Source of the DNA: Promethearchaeia archaeon
Lineage (GTDB): Archaea; Asgardarchaeota; Lokiarchaeia; Sigyniarchaeales; SOKP01
Assembly: GCA_029856155.1 (NCBI GenBank)
Contig: JAHQWL010000075.1
Location: 55,561-119,560 of the forward strand
Reading direction: 5' to 3'
DNA length: 64,000 bases
In this document: positions 38,338-48,753 of the stretch, one piece after another
Position numbering within the stretch: position 1 is the stretch's first letter
Layout of the letters: every line of letters begins with the position of its first letter
The notes under the pieces: model-generated
What the model saw: only the letters and a program-made list of their open reading frames with translations
Database searches by the model: none
Told to the model about the DNA's origin: nothing
Position numbers and translations under genes: made by a program

Positions 38338-40692
38338 ATGGTAAAAAAATCAATATCAAGTCTTATAATTGAGAAATTTGGTTTAAATTTATATCAAAAA
38401 TCACTTAAATTTCTTACAAGTAAAGTTAATATTATTGATATTAAAGAAGATCCAATACTAATTAGAAGTCTAATTTTAGATTATGAGCGTGAATTTCATC
38501 TTATAATTGATAATAGGAATAATGAAATATTTCATGATTGTCCCGCTTTTCTTATTCATTCAGAAAGAGAAAAAAAAATTTGCATTCACTTAATAAAATT
38601 GTTATTAGTTATTAGAGATTCTCTTGCTCAAAAAATCTTAGAAGATTTCAACAAGTATACTTTGACTTCAGAAGATTTAGGATCAAAAAAGAAAAGTAAG
38701 AACTTTAAGTTATTAGCAAATCGTTGTTTTGAAAAAAACAATTGCGTAGAAGCATTAAGCTATTTGAATAAAGCAATTATCAATCAATTAGATAGTGAAA
38801 AAATTATAGAATCATTCTTGGATACAGCAATTAATAATAATTTATTTATTGAATTTTTTGAATTTTTAGAGAATGGGTATGAAAATGAATTAGAAAATTA
38901 CTTTTTAAAATTTAATGATTATATCGAAAGAGGGTTTAAAAGATTTTTAAGTACAATACCTAGCTACTCATTTTTCAACATTCTTAAAATTATTGAATCT
39001 ATCGATAAAATATCAGAATATAAAGATATTTCTTTTATTGCTTCATCTTTCAATAAGTTAAAGGAGATCGTAAATAGTTCGGATTTAAGCACTAAATATT
39101 TTTCAATTTATCTTATAAAAAAGAATTATGAAAAATTAATTATGAAAAATCAAGCATTTAAGGATTTAATATCTGAAGCTCAACTAAATGCTATAAGAAC
39201 CGACCTATTAAAATACTTTTTTTCTGAGATTGATAATTTCTGCGTAATCGAGAAATTAAAGTTATTGAAAAAACAATTTAAAGTAATAAATATCCCAAAA
39301 GAAAAATTCTATAGTGAATATAAGAATTATAAAATAGAAATTCAAGAGTTGGAAAGAAAAGTATATCTCAAAAAATTTGCATTTTTAAAGGTATTGATTG
39401 AAAAATATAACATAAAAAAAGCAAAAGGAGAATTTAGAAAAAAAAGAAATACTTATATTGTAAAACACGATGAAAATAATTTAAAAAATCCTGTTTATAA
39501 TTTTATTATCTCTCGCATTGGTTTTTTTGGATTAAATGATCAGATAATAAAATCTTCTGAAATTGGGATCAATTATTTCATAATGAAAGAATTATTTTTA
39601 GATGATTTAAGTAGTTTTCAAGATGTGTTCTATTATAGACAACAGTTCTGGGGTGAATTGGATAATTATGAAATAAAATCAATTAAAGGGTTAGCATTAT
39701 CAAGTGAAAGTATAGAATACAGTTATGACGTTGAAAACGAATTTTCTGATGATGTAATGGTTATAGAATGGAATTTGGCAAATAAACCTATTCAAGGAAG
39801 CATTGTCAATGCATATAGTTCTCAAATCATAATTCCTGATTATAATAACCCACTTTTTCATGATTTAAAACCATTTGATTTGTGTTATTGTAAAAAAACT
39901 CCTGTAAAAATTGAGAGTAATATAATTAAAACTGTAAATGTAATTAGAAAATGTTCATTTAAAGAAGCGATTGAGAGTATATCAAAAGGAATGGAATTCA
40001 TAGAGGGATATTTCAGATTATCATTAGTTAAAGCAGTGTTAAATAAAGAAATTGATCCATTTTATGCTAATGAGCTAGTAACTAATAACCAAAATAGAGT
40101 TTTTATCCCTAAATATAATGCTTTCATAAAAGCTTTTAATGAATTTTTATTTAATTTTATTTTTAAAGAAAGAGATTATATCTTTGAAGGATTAAAAACC
40201 AGTCTTGAACATAATACTAATCAAATTTTAACTTTATTAAATTTGAATAATGAATTAGCGGGGTTAGACCTACCCTACAATGAAATATTAAAAGATTGTA
40301 TTCATCCAAATATTAAATTAAAAGAGTTTAAATCAAGATTTTTAAATAAAATCCATTCCATTATAAAAGATATCTTAAAAGAACGCGAACTTGGTAGCAC
40401 AACCTTGTTTGACTTGAAAAAATTACAGCATACTCCATTCTTTAAATATTCTAATGAAATTCTTGAAATTAGAAAAGAAGAATTTGAATCTATAGAAATT
40501 CACAGATTTATTGATAAGAATGAGGTGTTTTATGAGATATCTGAAATTTATAAGACATATTATGGTAAAAAATTCATAAATATTCTTCAAATAAAGGATC
40601 TACTAATTTTAAAACCCGAAAAATTTAAAAAGTTCCATGATATAAGTTCAAAATTACATCTAAACGTTAAGATTGTAAATTTAGGAAATTAA
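38338..40692 (+). CDS. SWIM zinc-finger-like protein with helical repeats
   Basis: HDC-x13-CIH near the N-terminus, followed by TPR-like helices. Confidence 0.65.
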   Translation: MVKKSISSLIIEKFGLNLYQKSLKFLTSKVNIIDIKEDPILIRSLILDYEREFHLIIDNRNNEIFHDCPAFLIHSEREKKICIHLIKLLLVIRDSLAQKILEDFNKYTLTSEDLGSKKKSKNFKLLANRCFEKNNCVEALSYLNKAIINQLDSEKIIESFLDTAINNNLFIEFFEFLENGYENELENYFLKFNDYIERGFKRFLSTIPSYSFFNILKIIESIDKISEYKDISFIASSFNKLKEIVNSSDLSTKYFSIYLIKKNYEKLIMKNQAFKDLISEAQLNAIRTDLLKYFFSEIDNFCVIEKLKLLKKQFKVINIPKEKFYSEYKNYKIEIQELERKVYLKKFAFLKVLIEKYNIKKAKGEFRKKRNTYIVKHDENNLKNPVYNFIISRIGFFGLNDQIIKSSEIGINYFIMKELFLDDLSSFQDVFYYRQQFWGELDNYEIKSIKGLALSSESIEYSYDVENEFSDDVMVIEWNLANKPIQGSIVNAYSSQIIIPDYNNPLFHDLKPFDLCYCKKTPVKIESNIIKTVNVIRKCSFKEAIESISKGMEFIEGYFRLSLVKAVLNKEIDPFYANELVTNNQNRVFIPKYNAFIKAFNEFLFNFIFKERDYIFEGLKTSLEHNTNQILTLLNLNNELAGLDLPYNEILKDCIHPNIKLKEFKSRFLNKIHSIIKDILKERELGSTTLFDLKKLQHTPFFKYSNEILEIRKEEFESIEIHRFIDKNEVFYEISEIYKTYYGKKFINILQIKDLLILKPEKFKKFHDISSKLHLNVKIVNLGN

Positions 40693-40700
40693 TTCTTGAT

Positions 40701-41891
40701 TTAATCTTCAAACTGTAATTTTCCATAAACAGCATCATGACCGGGTATAAACCAGAATTTTCCTTTCCTTATTTTACAAATAGCTTCCTTTAGATCTTCA
40801 GGAATTCCATTAAAGTTACTTTTTCCTTCCCATATTGCATATTCGCTGCCATTTTGTGAAATTAATTTTTGATATATTGATATATTCGCTCTATCATATT
40901 CAGATCCTCCTAAAACAATTGAAATTAAGTGCAGTAAGGGTATAATATACTGAAAATTTAATTTGAAAGGATTTTTTTGATCACTTAATTCTTGAACTCG
41001 AGCTAATACACCTTTAGTAAGTTTTTTTCGACAGAAAGGACAAATGTCGATGTTAAGTTTAGGACTGCAAAAATAATCTTTTTTGTCAATGTGTCGTTCT
41101 GCTCTATGGCCATCATAATAATATTTGCCCTGCGATGGTTTAAACTCATACGTCTTAATAATTTTATTTTTTCTAATCGAATCGATTAAATTTAGGTAAT
41201 TTAGTTTATTCAAATCGAACATTGTTGCCTCTCTTCCTAATCTATGAAAATTAGTAGAATGACTGTCAGAATTAGATATAATTGAAACTTTATTAAACTC
41301 TGAAATACCTCTGATCATTAATGGATCTGCACTTAATCCCGTTTCAATAGAATTTATATAATTTATTCCAGTTCCCAAAGCATCTTCCATCGTATTAAAG
41401 TGAGACATATCTCCAAATAACCCAAAATATGGTGTAAATATGTGAGCAGGTATTATCTCAATATCCATATCTATTGATTTTAAACTAAAAATAAGCTTTT
41501 CTGGAGAATTATAAATTTTTGGTCTCCCTTCTTTAGCTAGGTTGCCAAATTGTGATAATAATTCAATCGATTCTTCTACTTTTTCAAAATTTGGAAAAAG
41601 AATAATGAAATGAACTTTTCTGATTTTGGAATTGTTTTTCCAAATAGCTTCAACTTCAGTTTGTAATATAAAATTAACATCTGGTACTTTTGGAGTATAG
41701 AAAATTCCGCTTGAAGTTTCTATTAAATTACATTTTAATTCATTTAACCACAATGGGTGAATACAATCACCCGTTCCCACTAATTGAATCCCTTTGATAT
41801 TACAATTATAGGCAATTTTAAAAATGTCAATGTTTTTACTTGCTCCTCCTGAGAATTTACTATGAATATGTAAATCACAAATCTTATACAT
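40701..41891 (-). CDS. endonuclease Q family (PHP-domain) protein
   Basis: DLHIHSKFS, GTGD, PAHIFTP, ETGLSAD, NSDSHS, GKY..DGHR, PGHD..YG. Confidence 0.88.
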   Translation of the reverse strand: MYKICDLHIHSKFSGGASKNIDIFKIAYNCNIKGIQLVGTGDCIHPLWLNELKCNLIETSSGIFYTPKVPDVNFILQTEVEAIWKNNSKIRKVHFIILFPNFEKVEESIELLSQFGNLAKEGRPKIYNSPEKLIFSLKSIDMDIEIIPAHIFTPYFGLFGDMSHFNTMEDALGTGINYINSIETGLSADPLMIRGISEFNKVSIISNSDSHSTNFHRLGREATMFDLNKLNYLNLIDSIRKNKIIKTYEFKPSQGKYYYDGHRAERHIDKKDYFCSPKLNIDICPFCRKKLTKGVLARVQELSDQKNPFKLNFQYIIPLLHLISIVLGGSEYDRANISIYQKLISQNGSEYAIWEGKSNFNGIPEDLKEAICKIRKGKFWFIPGHDAVYGKLQFED

Positions 41892-42127
41892 CTTTCTTGA
41901 GTTGATTTTATTGAAACTTGTTATACTTTTTCAATCAATTTATTTAAATTCATAAATAAAATTAGATTCAAAAATAAATACAGGTTAAGTTAGCATTAAT
42001 GATATTTCCTATTTACTAATAAAGTTAGAATTTATTTTTCTAACAGTATTTTTAATATTTAGCATAAATTTTATTTACGTAGAATCTGAAAGTTTAATTG
42101 ATAACAATTAAACAAAATTATAAAAAT

Positions 42128-43408
42128 ATGAAAAAAAATAATTTCCAACACCCATCAAAAGATATTAATGAAAGTAAAGGCACTATTCTTAGAGGAAAAA
42201 CAATTTGTATGTGCTTAACAGGTTCGGTAGCAGTAATATCTTCTCCAATTGTAGCTCGAGAACTTATGAGAATGGGAGCTGATGTATTATGTGTTATGTC
42301 TAAAGCTGCAACAGAATTAATAAATCCATCTTTAATGGAATGGGCAACAGGAAATAAAGTTATTACTAAATTAACTGGAGCTGTTGAACATATTTATCTC
42401 GCGGGGGATAGACCTAGAAGTGTAGGGAAAGCTGATTTAATCTTAATCTGTCCCGCCACCGCAAATACTATTTCAAAAATTGCCCATGGAATTGATGATA
42501 CACCAGTTACAACTGTAGTATCAACAGCATTTGGATCTTCTATTCCAATTGTAATTGTCCCTGCTATGCACGAAAGTATGTACAAACATCCCATATTAGA
42601 ACAGAATGAGATGAAATTACGGAATTGTGGTGTTGATATCCTAGGTCCTAGGATTTCCGAAGGAAAAGCTAAAATCGCTAGGATTGATGATATAATTGAT
42701 AGAGTAATTGATTTATTAATATCTAAGAAAGATTTAGAAGGAAAGAAAATACTTATAACAGCAGGGCCAACTAGAGAAGCAATAGATGCAGTTCGTTTTG
42801 TTTCAAACAAATCATCAGGAAAAATGGGAATCGAACTAGCTAAAGAAGCTTCTGCTAGAGGGGCTGAAGTATTATTAATTGCGGGGGAATGCTCGGCAAA
42901 ACTTCCAGATTATATAAACATTAAACACGTTGTTTCTATTGACGATTTTATAAAAACTATTAAAGAGGAAGTCTCATATAATAATTATGATTTTTTCATT
43001 TCATCAGCAGCTATAAGTGATTATAAACCAGTTGAATGCATCGAAGGAAAAATATCATCTGATAATGTAGAAGAATTGCATGTTAATATGACTTTAACTC
43101 CGAAAATAATTGATGTTGCAAGGAAAAAAGATTATAATTTATTTATTGTTGCATTTAAAGCGGAAATAAATGTTTCTAAAAGTGAATTAATTGAACGTGC
43201 GTATAAAAGACTCGTTAAATCTGAAGTTGATTTAATTGTGGCAAATGATATCGGTCGAGATGATATAGGTTTTCGCAGTAAATACAATGAGGTCTTTATT
43301 ATTGATAAGAAAAAACATATTACTCATGTAGAGAGAAATACTAAAAGGTATATAGCATCTAAAATAATTGATGTAGCTATAGAAACTTATCAAACGAGAA
43401 ATTCTTAA
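42128..43408 (+). CDS. coaBC: bifunctional phosphopantothenoylcysteine decarboxylase/phosphopantothenate-cysteine ligase
   Basis: TGSVA, PATANTISK.A.GI.D, PAMH, TAGPTRE.ID.VRFVSN.SSGKMG, IVAND. Confidence 0.95.
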   Translation: MKKNNFQHPSKDINESKGTILRGKTICMCLTGSVAVISSPIVARELMRMGADVLCVMSKAATELINPSLMEWATGNKVITKLTGAVEHIYLAGDRPRSVGKADLILICPATANTISKIAHGIDDTPVTTVVSTAFGSSIPIVIVPAMHESMYKHPILEQNEMKLRNCGVDILGPRISEGKAKIARIDDIIDRVIDLLISKKDLEGKKILITAGPTREAIDAVRFVSNKSSGKMGIELAKEASARGAEVLLIAGECSAKLPDYINIKHVVSIDDFIKTIKEEVSYNNYDFFISSAAISDYKPVECIEGKISSDNVEELHVNMTLTPKIIDVARKKDYNLFIVAFKAEINVSKSELIERAYKRLVKSEVDLIVANDIGRDDIGFRSKYNEVFIIDKKKHITHVERNTKRYIASKIIDVAIETYQTRNS

Positions 43409-43668
43409 ATTTATAGCATAGAATCTATTTTAATAACCTTCTTTGAAGAATAATCAACTTCTTTTATAAATCATAATCTAATGATAATATTTAAATATTA
43501 AATTATTTACTGTAAGAAATGAAGAAAAAATTAAAATTTAAGCAGTTAATAAATACCAAGAAATTAGTTCTAATGTTAAAGATCGTACTATTTTATTAAG
43601 TTAATTTAGTAATAAATGTATATATATTAATAATTTGTTTTAATAAAGATTGATTAAGAAATTACTTT

Positions 43669-46600
43669 TTGAGTGCGTTTAAAATTACATCGGAAGAAGA
43701 AGGAAAAATCAAACAAGGAACCATCGCAGAATATATGCGTAAGAGGACACAATTAGTTGGTTTTGAATTTGGGTACTGGAAGCATGTGCAATATTGTAGT
43801 GAGTTTCTGGACAATGCATTAGATGCCATTGAAAGTTTTCAATGGAAACAATTAAAAAAAAAAGATTCCAAAATCAAATTTTCTTTGGATCAAGAATTAT
43901 TTTTAGAGAAATTCTCCATTCTTGAGGCTGCAAAGGAAGAAAAAAGATCTCAGCACTTAGATAACGAAGCAAAACATACTTTAATGCAAGAATTCGGTAT
44001 TGAATCCACGGAATCCGATACTGCTATTGCTCAAGAACTAGAAATTAGAGAAGAAGAATCTGGAGAAATAATTGATAAAGAAGAGTTAGAAGTTGAAGAG
44101 GAGGTCAAGAGAATAATTGATGACATGCAGGAGATCATTAAGCCTGTTGAATACATCATTGATGTAGAACCTATAGTAATTCTTCGTCTCAAGGAATATG
44201 AAGCAGCTTCGTTTTTAACTTCTGAAATTAGCCAGAAAAATATCATGAGTTTCACTTTTGAAATTTTTGATAATGGCACGGGAATGTCAAAAATTGATTT
44301 AAAAAAATTTGGACGATATCTTGCCTCCTCAAAATCTATTGAATTAAAACAAACTAGAGGAAGTCAAGGATTTGGTGCACCAAGTGCTTTCAGTGATGCT
44401 CAAAACACAACTGGGAAACCAGTTATTACAGTTTCAAAATCAAGTGAACAAGTCTATGCTATGTGTTCAGAATTTTTCACTACTTCTAAAAATGAAAAAA
44501 AATATTTAATTCATCCAACTGAAATTGACAGTCCCTTTTTACATGGTACTTACATTAAATTAAATTATCTAAATGTAAGATATGTTAGGGGATATGTTGA
44601 AAAATACATTGAAGAAACAGCATTTATGAATCCTCATGTTACGCTTATTTATATTGATCCTTTTGGAAAGGAAAAAATTTATCGAAGATTAGCTACTTCT
44701 TTCCCACCTGAACCTAAATATGCCAAACCTCATCCTTCGTCTACTAATATAGGAGATCTACAAGATCTGATTACAAAATCCGAAAATAAATCCATGTCGG
44801 CGTTCTTACAAGATAATTTCGTTAGAATGAGTTCAAAAATAGCTAAAGTAATTGTAGATATTGCCGAAAGAGATTTACAAGATAAGTTAAATTTACTAAT
44901 ATTGAAAGATGGTTTTGTCAATTTAGTTAAGAAAAAGACAGATCCAATTTATTTAATGCGAGATGAAAAAAGGATATACGGGCGTTCTACTAAACCACGA
45001 GACAAATTAATAATTTATCAAGTTGAATCAGAAGAACTTAAAGGAAAATATTGGGATTTTATATCAAATTATAATAAATATATTAGAGATTATGAAAAAA
45101 TTAATAAAGAGATAAAGAAACTAAATAACCAAATTGAAAAAACTGGAACTAAAAAAGAAATTACTGCTATCGAGAAAGAAATTAAAAAGTTTTTAAAAAA
45201 AATTGAGGACAACAGAAAAGAAAAAGATATAATTAAGGGAAATTTAAATAATCTATTTAAAGATGTTAATGATGGATTGATTGAGCAAAAAAAAGTTAGG
45301 AATAGAACAGATTTTGAAGTTTTAGTTAATGAAGTCCAAATATCTAAAGTAAAACCTGTTGATTCAACAAAAGAGCAATTTAATTCTCTATTCCTTGCTT
45401 TCAAATCAATGAAGTATATGGCTCCTCCAACAGACACAGCAATTCCCGTAGGAGAATCTATATTAGAGAATACACTAATTAAAGAAATTGGGTTACGAAT
45501 TTCAGATAATATCGATGATTTTGATATACCTATCGACACAATTAGGCAAACAACTGAATTATTACATGAAGAAAAAAAGAGGATATTATTAAAAGAAGAA
45601 AAAAAGATTCATGACGATGAAATTACTAATATTAAAATAGATTCAGAAGAGCTTATCAACTTAAATTCTGAAATATTGGGGACTATTGATATTCTCGATG
45701 ATACTTTTGATTATCAACAAGTAAAACCAACAATTGAAGATATTCTTAGCTTTTCTGATATTACCTCTGTAGAAAGCTATGGCGATTTATTTGACTATTT
45801 CCTTGAAACCTTTACAAAAGATGACGATTTTGTTGCAGCAGAAACAAGACCACCTACAAGCGGAAAAGGCTTAGCATATGTAGTTGAAGCGGTAATGGCC
45901 TATTCTAGAAGTATTGAAGTTCCTAAACGCTCAAGAGACGTTTTATCGAGGTTTGTGAATAGAACACCGAAATTAAGAGATAGTGCTGATTGTGCTATAA
46001 CAAAAGCAGTTCAATCAGTAAATTGGAAGAATTATAATCTTGAAACATATGATAATGGCTTGCCAAGAGGGCCAATAAAACTATTAGTTAATGTTTCTGG
46101 ACCATTTGTGCATTTAATGTTTAAATCACAATCAAAAAATGCCCTAGCTGATGATGAAGATTTAATTAAAGAAATGAAATATTGTCTTGAAGCAATAGGA
46201 AGAAGATTACGAGTATATATCAATAGAAGAGCTAGTATACATAAAAGTGAAAAAAGAGCTAGTTTAATAGAGAAGTATATCCCAACATTCGTTAAAAGTG
46301 TATATAATATCGCATCTCGGGGGGAGAGTAAATATAAAGCAAAATTGGATATTAAAGAAATTGAAGATTTAATGAAGGGAGCAATAGGCAAAAAAAAAGC
46401 TCCAGTCATTGTTAAAGATTTAAAATCCGAAAAACCTGAAATTAAAGAAGGAGAAATTAAAAAAGAAGAACCAAAGGAAGTTGAGACCCTTAAAGAAGAG
46501 ATTGATATTAAAAAAGAAATTTCTATCGAAAAACCGAAACCAAAAAAAGAATTAATTTCTAAAAAAACCCTACTTAATTGGACTATTAAAGAACTCAAAG

Positions 46601-47037
46601 ATTATTGTAAAGAACATGATATAATAATACAATCAAAAGAAAGAAAAAATGACATTATTGATAAGATTTTAGATTCATTTACTGCTGAGAAAGTTTCAGA
46701 GAAACCAGAAAAAATTGAACCTTTAGTTCCAGAAATCATCACAGAAAAACCAATACCTTTAATAGTATCTCCTATGAAAAAACCTATACCAACTACCACT
46801 CAAAAAGCACCTTCAAAACCAAAATCAACTCAAACAACACTTCCCATTATTACTACTGATAGAATTTTTTCTGTATTGTCAAAGGAGTGGCAAACTATAA
46901 AACATCTTATCTTTAAATTAAAAATTAAAGACATGATGGATGCTCGTTACCTTCAATTGAAGTTAAAAGAATTAGAACGTAAAGGGCAAGTATTGGTTGA
47001 GGTTAAAATGGGTAGAAAACATTGGAAATTGAAATGA
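43669..47037 (+). CDS. top6B: DNA topoisomerase VI subunit B, greatly expanded (1122 aa)
   Basis: GHKL motifs EFLDNALDA, DNGTGM, QTRGSQGFG; KPHP; transducer RFVNR.P and NWKNY; adjacent to top6A. Confidence 0.92.
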   Translation: MSAFKITSEEEGKIKQGTIAEYMRKRTQLVGFEFGYWKHVQYCSEFLDNALDAIESFQWKQLKKKDSKIKFSLDQELFLEKFSILEAAKEEKRSQHLDNEAKHTLMQEFGIESTESDTAIAQELEIREEESGEIIDKEELEVEEEVKRIIDDMQEIIKPVEYIIDVEPIVILRLKEYEAASFLTSEISQKNIMSFTFEIFDNGTGMSKIDLKKFGRYLASSKSIELKQTRGSQGFGAPSAFSDAQNTTGKPVITVSKSSEQVYAMCSEFFTTSKNEKKYLIHPTEIDSPFLHGTYIKLNYLNVRYVRGYVEKYIEETAFMNPHVTLIYIDPFGKEKIYRRLATSFPPEPKYAKPHPSSTNIGDLQDLITKSENKSMSAFLQDNFVRMSSKIAKVIVDIAERDLQDKLNLLILKDGFVNLVKKKTDPIYLMRDEKRIYGRSTKPRDKLIIYQVESEELKGKYWDFISNYNKYIRDYEKINKEIKKLNNQIEKTGTKKEITAIEKEIKKFLKKIEDNRKEKDIIKGNLNNLFKDVNDGLIEQKKVRNRTDFEVLVNEVQISKVKPVDSTKEQFNSLFLAFKSMKYMAPPTDTAIPVGESILENTLIKEIGLRISDNIDDFDIPIDTIRQTTELLHEEKKRILLKEEKKIHDDEITNIKIDSEELINLNSEILGTIDILDDTFDYQQVKPTIEDILSFSDITSVESYGDLFDYFLETFTKDDDFVAAETRPPTSGKGLAYVVEAVMAYSRSIEVPKRSRDVLSRFVNRTPKLRDSADCAITKAVQSVNWKNYNLETYDNGLPRGPIKLLVNVSGPFVHLMFKSQSKNALADDEDLIKEMKYCLEAIGRRLRVYINRRASIHKSEKRASLIEKYIPTFVKSVYNIASRGESKYKAKLDIKEIEDLMKGAIGKKKAPVIVKDLKSEKPEIKEGEIKKEEPKEVETLKEEIDIKKEISIEKPKPKKELISKKTLLNWTIKELKDYCKEHDIIIQSKERKNDIIDKILDSFTAEKVSEKPEKIEPLVPEIITEKPIPLIVSPMKKPIPTTTQKAPSKPKSTQTTLPIITTDRIFSVLSKEWQTIKHLIFKLKIKDMMDARYLQLKLKELERKGQVLVEVKMGRKHWKLK

Positions 47038-47046
47038 GGAATAAAA

Positions 47047-48234
47047 ATGGCGAAAAAGCAAAATAATAATGTTTATGATTTGCGAGCAGCAAAAGATTTA
47101 TACTTTGAATATTTAGAAAGAGGAAAAGAGAAAAAGGAAATTGATCTTCCACCAGATACCGTAAAAATTGATGATCTTAATAAAAAAGAAATGCTTGATC
47201 GGTTATATAGATTGGTCGATAGAGTTCTTGAAAAAATTTATACAACTGGAAGACCTTCGATTGAGTTACCCTCTAGATCAGGTACAAATATCATTTGGGA
47301 TGAAGAAAACGATCTATTATTACTCGGTAAACAAATTATGGAAAAACATTTTCATTCACTTACTAGTGTAGCAGATATCACTAGACTAATGAGAGTCTTA
47401 GAGGTTGTCTATGAACTTCTTAACGAAGATATACATGCAACAAAAAGGGAAGTGTTCTATACTGATGTTAATCTATTTCAAGAACAAAAAAATAGTGATA
47501 AAAGTATTGAAGATGCTGCAACCATGTTATATACAACTAGAAATTCAACTCATATTGTAGCAGCTCCAAAAGGTACATGTGTAGGACGGTTAAGAATTCG
47601 CGATAGAAATGATATTATTGATTTAGAAGGATTAGGGAGTGGTGGGTGGACAATTTCACCGATGCTTGATAACATTGAAATAATTGAGTCCGACGCTGAA
47701 TTTATTCTTGTTATAGAGAAAGATGCTGCAATGATGCGCTTGGCAGAAGCTAGATTTTGGAGAAAATATCCTTGCATCCTATTAACAGCTCAAGGCGTTG
47801 GAAATGTTGCAGTAAGAATGTTTTTGAAGAGATTAAGTAAAGAATTAAATCTTCCAGTATTTAGTTTAGTTGATAGTGATCCTTATGGTCATTATATTCA
47901 CTCAGTATATTTAAGAGGCTCTAAAAGGTTAAGTTATGAATCACCTTTTCTTGCTACACCAAATATAAAACTTCTAGGAGTATTGACGAGAGATTTGGAT
48001 AAATATAAAATACCTCAAGAAGTCCGGATAAAGATGAATAAGCAAGATGAAAAACGTACCAAAGATCTACTAAACGAAGATTTTCTAAAAAAAAATAAAG
48101 CTTGGGAAGCGGATCTTAAGTTAGCTCTTAAACTCAAAATAAAAGCAGAAATACAAGCATTTGCCTCTCATGGTTTTAAATTTTTAACAGATAAATACTT
48201 ACCTGAAAAACTCACAACAGGTGATTGGATATGA
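47047..48234 (+). CDS. top6A: DNA topoisomerase VI subunit A (Spo11 family)
   Basis: TKREVFY (catalytic Tyr), IEKDA, TOPRIM DSDPYG, KAEIQA. Confidence 0.95.
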   Translation: MAKKQNNNVYDLRAAKDLYFEYLERGKEKKEIDLPPDTVKIDDLNKKEMLDRLYRLVDRVLEKIYTTGRPSIELPSRSGTNIIWDEENDLLLLGKQIMEKHFHSLTSVADITRLMRVLEVVYELLNEDIHATKREVFYTDVNLFQEQKNSDKSIEDAATMLYTTRNSTHIVAAPKGTCVGRLRIRDRNDIIDLEGLGSGGWTISPMLDNIEIIESDAEFILVIEKDAAMMRLAEARFWRKYPCILLTAQGVGNVAVRMFLKRLSKELNLPVFSLVDSDPYGHYIHSVYLRGSKRLSYESPFLATPNIKLLGVLTRDLDKYKIPQEVRIKMNKQDEKRTKDLLNEDFLKKNKAWEADLKLALKLKIKAEIQAFASHGFKFLTDKYLPEKLTTGDWI

Positions 48235-48743
48235 GAATTTTTAAAAAGAAAGATGGCGGAGTCGTACAATTAATCGATAAAGAAGAAATGAATGAATGGC
48301 CGATTGAATTACCTTTAATTTTCATTGAATATATCAGAACTAAGCAATTAGATAATTATGGGAGTGCTAAAAAAGATGTTGAGGCGTATCTCGATGAAAT
48401 TATGACAGAGGTAGCAATCCCCAGATTAGTAAGTGTTTTAGAAGGAGATGATAGTGAAAATATTATACTGGCTCTAACTCGCATTGAAGAAATTTCAAAA
48501 AAAGATATTGAAATGGCGAAACCAATAAGAAAATATCTGAATTATCTTCTAGAGAAAAATGATAAAGAGATTGTGAAATTAGCTCAAGCAATTACAAAAA
48601 ATTTTGCTAGTGCTGAAAGAAAGAAAGAATTAGCACAAAAGAGGAAAGCCATGCATGAAAAAGAAAATTTATTCCTAGAAGGCAAAATTAGCGGAGAAGA
48701 ATACGCTAAAACCAGAAAGGAATATTTAACTTTAAAAGAGTAA
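48231..48743 (+). CDS. hypothetical protein with HEAT-like helices
   Basis: ATGA overlap with top6A stop; AIP.LV..L helical repeat; C-terminal GKIS.EEY (SHOCT-like). Confidence 0.65.
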   Translation: MRIFKKKDGGVVQLIDKEEMNEWPIELPLIFIEYIRTKQLDNYGSAKKDVEAYLDEIMTEVAIPRLVSVLEGDDSENIILALTRIEEISKKDIEMAKPIRKYLNYLLEKNDKEIVKLAQAITKNFASAERKKELAQKRKAMHEKENLFLEGKISGEEYAKTRKEYLTLKE

Positions 48744-48753
48744 TATCTATCTT

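Noticed and set aside
43834-45820. Inteins as the explanation for the Top6B insertions
   Set aside because: No Cys/Ser...His-Asn splice junctions or LAGLIDADG motifs; the inserts are acidic or coiled-coil.
47035-47049. top6B stop (TGA) is in frame with top6A, suggesting readthrough or selenocysteine fusion
   Set aside because: One-in-three chance arrangement; the spacer contains a GAGG SD and an ATG for independent initiation; no SECIS seen.
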